Assembly (NCBI RefSeq): GCF_963853765.1
Contig: NC_088858.1
Span: 35,898,001 to 35,962,000 of the forward strand
Direction of reading: 5' to 3'
DNA length: 64,000 nt
Origin: Magallana gigas
Taxonomy: Eukaryota
Below the pieces are notes generated by a model. The model made no database searches. It was not told the DNA's origin and saw only the letters and a program-made list of their open reading frames with translations. Each line of letters starts with the position of its first letter. Positions within the stretch are counted from its first letter, which is position 1. Positions 9,600 through 21,673 of this stretch are shown here, piece after piece. A program made the position numbers and the translations under genes.

Positions 9600-12500
9600 T
9601 TATTTAAGATATTTTGTTATGTACAAATGTCCATCATCAGTTCCAATCCAGAGATGGTTTTGTTTGTCGACAGCTGTGGAGCGGATCCTCTCTGAGAAAT
9701 CACAACGTATCTCGTGCTTACGCTCTAGCCTTGGATCGATTATGACAATCTTAGGACCCGGTGAGTGTACTCCGATAATAATGTTTCCAAAGTTGTCAAC
9801 AGACGCACTTGCTGAATATGATTTGTCAACCACTACTTTGTTAATAGCCTCAGATGAAATTTTATCAGAACCCAGCAGATGCATGGAGAAAATGTCATTT
9901 TTCAGGGCAAAGATTTGACCATTTTGAGAAATGATATGCTCTATCGTAATGCATTCAGGTTTTGGTTCAAAGACTTTCTCTACTTCTCCGTTCATGTCAA
10001 GTTTAAGAATGCTGGACTTGTAGCAGCTGTGACCTATGACGTATATTCTCTCGTCCTGATAAATAATTCCACTCAGTTTTTCGGTGTGTGTAGAAAGATC
10101 TGCAAGCATTCTTGTCTTTCCTTCCCGAGAAAATAATTCCACGATAGGTTTGGCCCCGACAGTGTGGATTCGTGTCACCAGCAGATCGCCATTTGGCATG
10201 CAAGAATTGAAAACTGGATAGTAGTCTAAATCAAAAGATCTAAGAAGCTCCCCAGCAGAATTGTATAGTTTCACCTCTTTTTTATTCTGCAGATGGTTCA
10301 CCCACACAAGGTTATCGTGAGTAACGCTTATTCCAGGTATTTGCGAATAGTTATTTTCATCCATGCCCTTAATGCATGATACTAGATCTAATTTCTTCAG
10401 AAACATTTTCGCAAACATCCCTGGCAACTCTTTACGACATCTTTCTTTCTTTGATCGCTGGGTTCTAATTTGCAATTTTTTCTCAGGAGTCGACCTCTTC
10501 ACTCGAGCTGCTTTTCTCTTTTTTTGAGAAGACGGGTTTGTTTTCCGTGAACCCTCTTGTTTTCCTTTTATATTAGGAGAAGCGCGTACTCCTCCTTTTA
10601 TGGCAGGAGCTAACGTTGATGATGACTTTGTTTCTTTCATCGCTAAAGAGGGGGCTTTCTTCATATTGACAGATGTAGATATTCCAGACTTTTTATTGAA
10701 CGTTGGGAGTGTTTTTGCTTTTTTGCGGCTGTTAGAAATTGTGTTCATGGAGGATTGAATCTTTCTTTTGAGAGACTTTGTTGGAATTCTTTTCCCCGGA
10801 TTCCATTTTTGTTTTTTATGTGATGATTTTTTTTCATCGGCTTGTTCTGTTGAAAACGTCCTTTTGGTAGCCCCCGTTTTACTTCTTCTCAATGTATTTG
10901 TTTTCAATTTTGAAACTTTTGTTGGCCCATCATTGTGTAGCCAAATTATTCGTCGATTTTTATTAGTATTCGAAGGACAATGATCTGCAAAAGTCAACAA
11001 AAGTAAACATAAGCATGCTTTACACTTTTCAAAAATCCTTAAGAGAAATTCCGCTTTATATATGATGTGTGATATTAAGATTTAAGGAATGTTGAAATAG
11101 TCCTCGACTACGATTTTTCTAAAATAACTGAATAATTCAACGACCCCTTTTTTGGACTTGGCAATTATATTTCATATTACTACAGTTATTTAAATTGTGA
11201 AATGGCTGGCGGCTACCAAAGGGTTCTCCTGTTCACGAATAACTCCTCCAACAATTTCAAGATAGGATGTTGCTGTTTTGCAGATCAATTGTGCACATTC
11301 CTTTGGAATTGGAATATTTTGGTAAAAATACCAGCTGTTGAGCTTACAATCATTTTTGTGATTCACATAATATATCATATAGGATACCCATACTGGTGTG
11401 TTTGATTACCCCCTTCTACAGTTTACAAGATAGGGAGTTGTTTTGCAAATCAATTGTACACATATACATATATCAAACATATATGTACATGTACATATAT
11501 CAAAAATGTGAATGTTACTTGGATTTTGATTTTTGATAATTTTTTGAAAAAATATCACTTGTTGAACTTAGTTATTTTAGGTAAAATATTACATGTAGAG
11601 TACCCCATTTCTCTGGATAGGTAATGTTTATCAACTCGGGTTTAAAATATGGATTATTGATACCGTACACACAAAAGAAAACGCGATTTGCTGCCATATT
11701 GACAGCTTTTCTCTTTGTATTCATGATCGGTGAAAGGTATTTTAAAACTTTATTTATACTAGAAAATTATTTCACTACACCAGGACTTATTCTTTTTCAG
11801 ATTGAGAGTCACGAGATGGTGAATCAAATGTGTAGTTTAAGTGTTTGTATTAATTGATTTGGTTTCTTATCATCATCATCACCACCATCAGCATCATCAT
11901 AGTTCATTTTATCAGGCATGTGAACCGTGTGTGGCCTATTGTTATATTTATAATACATGTATTTAATTTTAAAATTCATTGATTTTTGTCTTGTGTTTTC
12001 TTTCCGTATGATAAAGGTGGTTATAACCCTTATCTTTATTAGAAATGGGAGATTTGAAAAATAAAATAAGCTTTGTGCACGAATTATATTTGTTGCCTCT
12101 ACAAAATACATTATCAGACATTGAGGGGGAATTAGATTGAAAATCGAATTGGTATGATCATTTATATACATCAATGTAATTCAAATGATGTAATAACATA
12201 ATGGTAGACTATAAATTAATATTCACCTTTCTCGTCCTGCAATTTTCTATTCCTGAGATTATATCGCCGCTTAGTTTCAGTCTCATTATCATCATGTACA
12301 GAAGCACTGCTTGTAGCTGCTTTTCTTGTAACAATCTTCTCAACTTTATCTGTTACAGAATGAGAATTAATGATTTAAGCAGAACAACTGCGCATTTAAT
12401 AAAGAAAAACAACAGGAATTTTGTCCATTGTGCGAATTCTAAATGTTAAATTAATGATGATTTAAATGCAGTATTTTAATTCCGAGAAATGCAATGTTCA

Positions 12501-12684
12501 GAGCATAAAATGCATAATATTATGTTTACAACAGAGTGTGTACCCAACATAAAGCTATAGAACAGGCTTCGTGAAAGGTAAGACTCAATGAGTGTTTTAA
12601 TTAACAAATAAATAGTTTTTTAATTAACAAATAATAGTACATAGATAACTCTGATAGATTACCTTTAAACTGAGCAATCCTCAT
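9600..12684 (-). CDS. 509-aa protein: Lys/Arg/Ser/Thr-rich disordered N-terminal half + C-terminal NHL-like beta-propeller (TRIM-NHL-type propeller without RING/B-box)
   Basis: Coding exons 12663-12684 (MRIAQFK, in-frame upstream stop), 12227-12349 and 9600-10984, with GT-AG sites and phase 1/1. Repeats of the type GISVTHDNLVWV, NSCMPNGDLLVT, ASVDNFGNIIIG and TAVDKQNHLWIG are propeller blades. Confidence 0.75.
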
Positions 12685-13493
12685 GCTGTCTCTTCAGATT
12701 CTTTTAGTGCTGTTCAAGTGTAATATGTAGATCAACAAGATTTCTGCAACATCACTAGGTAACCTTAAAACAAGCCAGACAATACAAAGAATTTGTCTTT
12801 ATTAAAGAAAACAGTCAAAACTACGAACGACTTACTGAAGTATATATAAAGAATACCCAAGATATAGTTTGATAACAGATTTATTCAATCTGTGATTGAA
12901 GGAAATATTACGGAAGAGATTCTGCATCAATTAAGCAATTTGACTGTTTAAATTTAGTGTTTTGAAACAGCAGTCAATTTATCTTGTGTATATCGCAAAA
13001 CTTTAAGGATTTGTTTTTCATAATTCAGTTGGACCGAGTTAGCAGGGGCACGAATTGAAATTGATGAAATATTTATTTACTTTGCGCATAGGTAAAAAAG
13101 GGATACAAACAAAATTCAGGAGAATTCAAATAGCGTATAATACAATATTCTAATCTATAAAAATACATCAAATGTGTATCATAGTTCTGCATTTAAAAAT
13201 AATAAAACACCATAGATCTCTACACATTTGAGGCGTCAGATGTTACCAATGACAACATACAATTAAGCTACTACACTATAATCTCATCTAAGATTAGACG
13301 TTACCCGTGCTATTAGCATAAACAATTTACATGGTACAGATATGCGTGAAAATTGCTTTTAAAAATTATGAAATTGTGGAAGCTCCAACAAATTGAAAAA
13401 TAGTGTACATACTGTCGACCTGATAAAGTACTGGGCTGTACGTCAAACAGACGCTTAGACTGACAATGCCTTTATGCGCGATATATACGATAG

Positions 13494-13579
13494 CATCTTC
13501 CCAAGTCAAGGGTTTCTGATCCGTACCTCTCCTCTTGTGGGGAGCAGAGTGGACCGAAAACACTTGGCTAGCGAAGATG
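13494..13579. mobile_element. 86-bp MITE, same TIR family as 1279-1336
   Basis: The right TIR acacttggctagcgaagatg is the exact reverse complement of 1279-1298. The left TIR is degenerate. Exact 9-bp TSD atacgatag (13485-13493, 13580-13588). Confidence 0.75.
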
Positions 13580-14018
13580 ATACGATAGAGACAGAGGACC
13601 AGTCTAACAACGCCAAGTCATTCACGGTTACACAGGATTTCACCATCCGATCGTTTCGGTCCTCATTATTCTCAAAATTAAAACAGACACGTCTTAAAGA
13701 GAACAACTACATTATAAACAGTTTTAGTTCGCATTCTTAAAGGAGGTTTAGACAATGCGTGCGATCGCTCTAAAGTAATCAATCGACTGCCAACTTCGCG
13801 CCCAATTGGGTTACTTAGCTATGTAATTAAAAATTGACGTCTGAATTAATAAATGAAAATTTGAACCCCCGTTGTTAACTCGTACGGAACTTATGATTTA
13901 AAGTTACGTTTAAAGTGCATTTTGATACAATTTTTCAATCATGAATAAGTACAGTTTAACAACCCAAAACGGCTATAACTTTTGAAATAATGGTTCAAAC
14001 TTATTGAAAATTGGAACA

Positions 14019-14057
14019 TAATATGTTTTACGGTGCGACCGTTGGGGCGAGCGCAGC
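14019..14057. repeat. Repeat-terminus motif with small hairpin (copy 1)
   Basis: taatatgttttacggtgcgaccgttggggcgagcgcagc; a near copy lies at 15455-15493. Confidence 0.6.
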
Positions 14058-15454
14058 ATGTGATCAAATAATGAATTATGATAAATCAATAAAAATAAAA
14101 GTATCAACGTAACTGAATTTGAATGCAAAATAAAATATAAACATGCCTATTTTTTCTAGTAAATTTTCATTATTCAGAATTTATAAGATTGTTTATTTAT
14201 TTAAATAGAATTTATCTCAGATACAATGTTGTTGAATAATAAAGATTTTAACATAATGTTTATTGCAGTTTATTTCCTCTTTTCTTGTAGCAGACATTTT
14301 TCTTAAACTTAGTACATATAAAAAATTAGTACAGTACATATAAAAAATTATCATAGAGTCCCCCCCCCGTTTAAAAAAAATGTAATTTACGTATAAAAAA
14401 AAATTGCTGATCATATAAGAAAAACGGTTTTGGACCCCCCCCCCCCCCCCGGGGAGGATGTAATAAATGTGAAAACAAAGATACCGTTGAGCAGTTAAAG
14501 AGCTAAATGCATACTACGCACTCACCATTCCTTACCCGGATTAGAATTTCCCTGATTTTGAGAATTTCTTTTTCATTTTGCTTGTAAATATTTTTTGAAT
14601 GATGCTGCCGCGCCCCCTTTTAAAAAACGTTCCTGGAAATTACTGTAAATATATAGTGAATAAAATAAATGTGAGCATTCATCCAAATGAGAGCAAGTTA
14701 CAACTGTTTTATTTCCTATTTAAAAAAAAAAGTCCCCATTCGTTAGCTTTGCAAGATTTTGAGAAGATTTTGGTATTTATATTTCAGCAGATTTACAATA
14801 ACTACTTAGAGTAATTTCCCCTTATTGTGACGTCAAAGTTCACGTCGGTCAAGTGTCGTCTGTCTCTTTGAAAAAAACCCTGAAAAAAACTAAGTGAAAT
14901 ATACTGTTTTGTTTACTTAAAAAGCATGATATTCTTGAAATTACACAATTTATCTGTTTCTCAAAAGTTTAACTTTGATTCTCGCGAGAAGGAATCAAGT
15001 CTAGTGAGATCGTCCGACATTGATAAATTGCATTGTGGGTCGAAAGTTACTGACTCCGAAAAATTCTGTGGGATCAATGTGGAATGAGAGTACCAATGCA
15101 CCGGATGTTGACATCAGAGAAGCGTTAATACAAGATTGAGCCGCGCAGAAAAAGGTATGGCTAAGGTGATTGGCTGAATTAATTGCTGAAATAATGATTA
15201 TTTCAAAGTAAATTTATCACTGTTTAAAATAAATGATGGATTGAAGAAGTACTGCAAAAAGTAAAGAAATAAGAGGGGTTGAAATAGGGGTGGGTGTCAA
15301 TTTTGGGACTTGGATTTATTTGCTGCGGATCGCTGTAAGTTGTAAACAAGCTCAATTTTGACCTATAAACGCCATTGGACCCTATGTATTTCTATTGATT
15401 TTGTGTTAGTGCTTGGAATGAACTTTCAAATGTGACCAAGGATATGTCTGTAAG

Positions 15455-15493
15455 TAATATGTTTTACGGTGTTACCGTTCTGGCGAGCGCAGC
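15455..15493. repeat. Repeat-terminus motif with small hairpin (copy 2)
   Basis: taatatgttttacggtgttaccgttctggcgagcgcagc. Confidence 0.6.
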
Positions 15494-16349
15494 AAGAATT
15501 ACACATACCTTGCATCATTGTCAACCTAGTGTTATTTAAGTATCAACGAACGTCAAAGAATTTTTGAGAGAGTATTGCTCTACAATAAGTATGCCAAAGG
15601 TACTAATTTTAATGGTTATGATACATACAGCGCAACCCCTTTCCCCTCTTTAGTGAGAGAGAGAGAGAGAGAGAGACCGGTCCCTGTTTGTAGGTGTGTA
15701 ATTTCCCACCTTTAAATTTAATGGTTTGACTATATATGCACTATCTACATAAAAAAATTTAATTGTTTATTTTAACTCTTTATTCCGTTTTATTTAGTTC
15801 AAAATGTCCTATAGTTTATTTCGTCCCTACTCATAACGTTATACTTACCTGCCTACTGTATACATGGATGAACAATTAGCTTAAAAATTGAGTAAAGTAT
15901 GGCTCTTGCTAGTATTTATTTATATAATATCTATATCAAAAACAATATAAAACAAATCATATGTCAATGAGGCAGGTATCGCAGACTATACTGAAATAGC
16001 CAGTACACTCATTACAGATGTTTGATCCACCTCTACATTTATCGCGGGAAATATAGTGCGAGTGCACTGTGACGTCATCCATGACTTTGTTCGTCTTTGT
16101 TTACGTTTCTCGACTCAATACGGAGGTATGGAAGCATGCAACAAATCTTTTGAGTCTCGCCAAAGCATATGCGGTACTCAAAACGTGTCTTCAAACTTTA
16201 AGTCACCGTAAATTACGAGTTAAAAGTCGGCCATTTTTCGCATAGCACCACGGGTGAAAACATTAGAGAGCATTATGGGACGTAGACAAAAACTTTTGTT
16301 TGATGAACTGTAGGTTTAGCTCGTTCTTTTTCCCGCGCACACTGGTTCT

Positions 16350-16403
16350 TAGAGCTCGCTTCGCTAGCCGGCGCTGCGCGCCGGCGAGCTGCGCTCGCTA
16401 TAA
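16350..16403. repeat. GC-rich hairpin motif, direct repeat copy 1 (Helitron/Helentron-terminus-like)
   Basis: tagagctcgcttcgctagccggcgctgcgcgccggcgagctgcgctcgctataa, containing the 8-bp stem gccggcgc/gcgccggc. Confidence 0.75.
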
Positions 16404-16681
16404 TAGCAAACTAGCCAGGTGGGTTTAGGTTAACATTGAGCCCTATGGGAAATGAATTGGTACTCTTTTCCCATGTGCAATGTGCAAGAAATCCATTGTG
16501 ACGTCACTCGAAGGAACGACAACTCTGTTAGTCTAACGTAATGGAATTATTTTATTTACAATGCATTATGTACAAAGGGCGCACTTGTTTCAGACATCCG
16601 GGCGACGAGCCGGTTCACTTTTATCACATGATCACATTGATGCGGCAAGATTTCTGAAACGAGTAAAATTTCAGCCGGAAA

Positions 16682-18285
16682 ATGGCTGCCATTGTAGTAG
16701 GAGCGATAGGCCTACACATTATAAATGATGTTCTCGAAAGTGATGAGGAAGACGACGATTTGGAAGATATTTTTGCCATTTCAGGAGCAAGTTTAATGTA
16801 CGCAAGATGAATGTAATCACTAAAATTCCAGTTTTAGACATAATATGAACGATAGGATCTGTTTATTTATGCTTAAAGCGAACTAAAAGATTGAAAAATC
16901 AGCTTGAAATGATTATTTACTGCTATATTGAATTTATGTTAACAAAAACAGGGCATAAGCCTTGTTTACATACATGTAACAGATTTTTTAGCTTTGTATC
17001 TTGTTTATAACTCTACGACTGACTCTCAAATTTCATTTTCTCATTAGAAATGCATTCCTAAAGTATCGTATTATGGAGGAGGGGCATTCGATCCACTCCA
17101 TCTTGCAATACTTATTTTTAAAAATGCTTGTATTGACTGATTTGGAAGATATTCTTGCCATTTCAGGAGCAATTTTTTTTTTTTTTTTTTTTTGCATTTC
17201 GAAAATTTTAATAAAACTATTATATTTAATTTTTTTATTTTTTTTTCAGTGTAAGAGATGACAGAATAAAGTCTCAGAGATACTATGAGACAACAATTAG
17301 AAACTACCTGCCAGACTCTTTTAAACGGTTTTTTAAAGTAAATAGAGAAACTCTTGAACTTTTATGTGAAAATCTTGCTCTTCATCCAACATTAAGTACA
17401 CGTATTGTTTCTGGTGGAAGACCCCAAATTCTGTTGGAGAAAAAAATTCTAATGACCTTAAGGTACCTGGCATCTCAAGAAACTATTTGCGAACTAAGTG
17501 ACCGCTTTGGTGTAAGTGAACACTGTTTTCTTAAGAGCAAAAAGCAGGTTATAATGGCTGTGATTGATACTTTTTTCAACAAATGTATAAAATGGCCAGA
17601 TGTAGCAGATTTTCCCAACATTGCAAGAGAATTTGATGAAATGGGGGCATATAATTTTCCAGGTGTGATTGGAGCCATCGATGGTTGCCATATACCAATC
17701 GAAGCACCATTACAGAATGCCAGTTCTTATTATAACAGAAAAAAGTTCCATTCTATCATACTTCAGGGTGTTTGTAAAAATGATCTACTGTTTACAGATA
17801 TTAATGTTGGTTGGCCTGGAAGGGTACATGATGCTAAAGTACTAAGAAATTCTAATCTCTGGGAAGCTGGATTCGAAAAATGTGCACATGGACGCTACCA
17901 TATTTTAGGAGATGCAGCATACCCCCTCAAACAGTGGCTTCTTACGCCTTACCGCGATAATGGCCATTTGAACCAACAACAACGACGCTACAACTTGCAG
18001 TTGTCCTCTAAAAGACAAGTTATCGAACGTGCATTTGCATTACTAAAAGGACGCTTTAGAAGACTCAAGTATCTCAATATTAAAAAAGAAATGGATATGT
18101 GTCAAACTGTAGTTTGTACATGCATACTTCACAATATATGTATTTTACAGAATGACAGATTGGATGACATTATCAATGTAGATTCTGATGATGAAGATGG
18201 TCAAGGGCATGTAAATGTTTATCCATGGCTTCAGAATGATGCCCAGGGAACCCTTAAAAGAATACAAATTACAAACAGAATGTAG
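16682..18285 (+). CDS. PIF/Harbinger transposase-type DDE nuclease (HARBI1-like, DDE_Tnp_4), ~383 aa
   Basis: Exon 1 16682-16797 (weak AT|gtacgc donor), exon 2 17250-18285. Motifs GAIDGCHIPI, YYNRKKFHS, GWPGRVHDA, LGDAAYPL and IERAFALLKGRFRRL. Catalytic D/D/E intact. Confidence 0.88.
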
Positions 18286-18634
18286 ATACTGTACCTTGTG
18301 CAAAAGATCATGACTACCTTGATTATATATACAACTCTTTTTTACGTGTATATAAAATCTTCAGAAGCTACTTCATTGTTTTTTAATCATTTATTGTATT
18401 TTACCAACATAAACAAAGTTGTCAACATAAATAAAAAATAATTTTCAACAAAAAAAAAATAAAATAAGTCTTCTATCTTGTTCTCGTGAGAGTGTGAAAT
18501 GGGAAACCATATTTATAGGGAATTACTGGGACGATTAAAACAAGGCATTACTGGTCCGATTTACTGACGCCAAAAAAATCCGTTGAATGAATGTGCAACT
18601 AGTCCGAATTTTCTATTCACACACGCCTTGCCGG

Positions 18635-18686
18635 TAGAGCTCGCTTCGCGCCGGCGCTGTGCGCCGGCGAGCTGCGCTCGCTATAA
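18635..18686. repeat. GC-rich hairpin motif, direct repeat copy 2
   Basis: tagagctcgcttcgcgccggcgctgtgcgccggcgagctgcgctcgctataa, the same as 16350-16403 apart from a 2-bp indel and 1 substitution. Confidence 0.75.
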
Positions 18687-19224
18687 CTCATTATATGTCC
18701 TATCGAAATCTGCAAAAAATGTTTACTTTGCTATAGGTGAAAAATTATGAATTGTAGTCTCTATCAACTTTTCCTATGTACGGTTTTATCGGTTTTTCAA
18801 TGAACTAAGCGATCTCAACTTAAAATACTCTCTATAAAATATTAAACATTAGACTAGTGTCATTTCACTTTACATAGCTTAAAATGTGTTAAACACAATT
18901 TAAATCAAGAAATATTGGCAAAACCATGCATCACTTTACACTGATATTATAAACGATAACGGTAAAATATTCCGGAATGCTCACAATGACGTCATGCGAC
19001 AATCGAAAGACCTTAAATTTAGGGCTGAATGAGATGCAAATTAAGTCGTATAAACATGCATACGCATAGCTTCACGCTTTTTAATAGTAAGTACAAACAA
19101 AAATTATTGAAATATATTAGAACGTTATATTCAAAAATGTGTTTTTGAATATACATGTACATATAAAGTTGTGATTTTAATAAAAGTACATTAGAAAGGG
19201 GATTGCTACACAGAGGCTTTATTT

Positions 19225-19479
19225 CAGAGGCGGATCCAGCAATTTGGAAAAGGGGGGGGGGGGGGGGTCCAATTGATGAAAATCAATATGTACAAAATTC
19301 ATTATTTGTCAATAAACAATTTATTTGGAGATAATTACAGTATTTATATTATAAATGGGGGGAAATGCCTTCAAATTTGCATTACAAGTTTTCAATAAAA
19401 TCCATATGTCCAAGAGAAATTTAGGGGGGGGGGGGGTCAGACCCCCCGGAATCCCCCCCCCCCCCTGGATCCACCAATG
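19225..19479. mobile_element. Small MITE with poly-G/poly-C subterminal tracts
   Basis: cagaggcggatccag ... ctggatccaccaatg inverted ends. No clean TSD. Confidence 0.5.
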
Positions 19480-20595
19480 TATTTAATTAATATTTTGAGT
19501 ACTTCATTGCTTGATTCACAGATTGGGTCTAAAAGTTGGACAAAAATACGCTATGCCTGCTGTCCGATCCTATTTCATTTTGAAACAAAATATTCAATGT
19601 TTACATTTTATAAAATACAAAAACAAATATATTATAAAAATGTTTTTATATAATTTTTATCTAAGTAATTGTATATTATATTAAGCATCAATGTATTTAA
19701 TTTAAAAAAAAATCAAAATATTTACAATATCTGTATGGTTTAAAGATCGTTGTTGAAATAGATTTCTTTACACTGTCAGGAATATTACAATTTGTTCAAG
19801 TACGGTTCTAAATTTCTCATGATAAACACGGCTTCCGGTTACAGTTCTCCGGCCAAAGTCGTGTCGAAGATGTCGATACCAAGAAATCTACGATTTTTAC
19901 AGGTTTGTAAGACTTTTAAAATTATTTTTTTCTCAAATGATATCTTTACAGAGTGTTCACGCAAAAAACATTATTTAATGTGAAAAGCAAATCATTAATA
20001 AGTATCATATCATTCATATGCTGTTATATACATACGTATATTTTATTGATAAAGACAACATTTTTATATATTTCATTCATATTGAATTAATTTCCTTTTG
20101 TAGACCGAGTGGTATTTTATGTTTGAAATTTAATTTGTTTGATCATTTTAGAAATACATTGCCGCATCTGTTTGTGATCTCTCATGTTGACATCTCCCTC
20201 CTCTCCCTTATCCATTTCTCACAGTGATCCCCTGTTTATTGCCATTTGTTTATTTTCGTTTATCTGATTGATGGTCAGACCTTAAGACTTGCGTGTCTTT
20301 GAATTTATTATAGTAATTCCCTCCTGTATCCTGTTTTGAGAATTTATGTCTTTGAGCGTTCCCCAAATTTTGGTTCCATCTTGGAGTTATTTCATTGGTC
20401 CTTTATAGAAAAAGGGGAGGAGTTGTCAAAGATGAGACATGCGGGATTGATAATTATTTGTCACTCTCACTTTGGATTTCTTTTTAAAATGATGTTTCTT
20501 TAATTGTGATTTTGAACTTTAATAAATTCTAAATTTTAAAACTGGATATTTTTATTTACGTTACATTACGTAACCAATACTACGTAGTCACAACA

Positions 20596-20606
20596 TGGTG
20601 GAGAAT
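20596..20606 (+). promoter_or_regulatory. Primer-binding site, complementary to tRNA-Ala 3' end
   Basis: TGGTGGAGAAT immediately after the 5' LTR, complementary to ...AUUCUCCACCA of eukaryotic tRNA-Ala(AGC) as recalled. Confidence 0.75.
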
Positions 20607-20701
20607 CTAAATTCGTATTGTGCTTCTTTTGGACTATTTTTGCGTTAATTTATTGAGTTAAAAAAACAAAACAATGTTTACGCCTGTACGAGGACTAAAC
20701 A

Positions 20702-21673
20702 GTGATTTTAGTACACCTCCAACTGTTATCAATAGTTGGGCTAGATGACACTCCTGTCTTCAATCCTCGAAGTTCACTAAATTATTCACGAGGAAACAAT
20801 GTTTCATCAATTTCGGACAAAGTATCTTTGAAAAAATTCAGTGGATTTAGTTCCGAAAATGGCAAAAACTTTCTTATGGAATTCGAATCATTTTGTATAT
20901 ACCAAAATCTTACAACTGATGATAGACGTGTTGCAGCTTTCCATCTCCATCTATCTGGACCGGCATTGATTTGGTTTAATTCGTTAGAGATCCCTGTAAA
21001 ACGCACATGGTTTACCTTAAAAAATGCGTTTACAGAGCAGTATGCAAAACAGGGAATGTTTGACCCTGATATGGTTGTAGAGAGTGCAGTTTTCGAAGCG
21101 CTGAGGTTGGCATCTTCACAACCCTTGGAAGATTTTCACAGTAAGATAATGGAAAAGGGTTCCCGCCTGCAAAAACCCGAGAGAGATTTAATCACAAAAT
21201 TCGTCAACGAACTACCTGATCAGTTGGCATTTTTCGTACGGACAGCGTCCGTTAAATCTTTCAAGGATGCTTTGCAACATGCAAAGTTAGGCGAGGCCTA
21301 TGGATATAGATCCCTTTCCGCCACAGCACCAATGGTCGCAGCCGTACAGCCAGCAGAGTCGAACACCAACCAGGGCCATAATCAACACCTCTTTAGCATG
21401 TTGCGCGACATCAGTCACCGTCTAGAAAAATTAGAGGCACCAACTTCTAGACCGCGGACTGGACGTGACCGGGATTTGCCTACCTGTCACGCGTGTGGGG
21501 GAGCAGGACACTTGAAACGAAGCTGTAATTGGACCGGGCACGGTTCCCCAAAGTCTCAAGCAAAGTGCCAGATATGTTTCCAGACCGGACATACCGCCGC
21601 GGAATGTCGTCTGTTCGCTACAAAGAAAACAGTCCGTAATTCCGAACAAAAAAATGCACAGCGCCCGGGATAA
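20702..21673 (+). CDS. gag: Gag polyprotein with two CCHC zinc knuckles
   Basis: 323-codon ORF inside the LTR element. Capsid-like FSG..ENGKNFLMEFE...AAFHLHLSGPALIWF; knuckles CHACGGAGHLKRSC and CQICFQTGHTAAEC. Confidence 0.85.
   Translation: MILVHLQLLSIVGLDDTPVFNPRSSLNYSRGNNVSSISDKVSLKKFSGFSSENGKNFLMEFESFCIYQNLTTDDRRVAAFHLHLSGPALIWFNSLEIPVKRTWFTLKNAFTEQYAKQGMFDPDMVVESAVFEALRLASSQPLEDFHSKIMEKGSRLQKPERDLITKFVNELPDQLAFFVRTASVKSFKDALQHAKLGEAYGYRSLSATAPMVAAVQPAESNTNQGHNQHLFSMLRDISHRLEKLEAPTSRPRTGRDRDLPTCHACGGAGHLKRSCNWTGHGSPKSQAKCQICFQTGHTAAECRLFATKKTVRNSEQKNAQRPG

Noticed and set aside
10985-11000. ORF-track starts MLTFADHC (also 6236-6251)
   Set aside because: The TTG start lies in the polypyrimidine tract/acceptor. 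The real ATG is two exons upstream.
12218-12349. Middle exon as an alternative terminal exon encoding a ~51-aa peptide
   Set aside because: Both copies conserve a phase-1 G|gtgaat donor, so it is more simply an internal exon. Read-through cannot be excluded.
20018-20227. Identical 69-aa ORFs in both LTRs (also 22747-23022)
   Set aside because: AT-rich LTR sequence with no protein-like composition. The identity only reflects LTR duplication.
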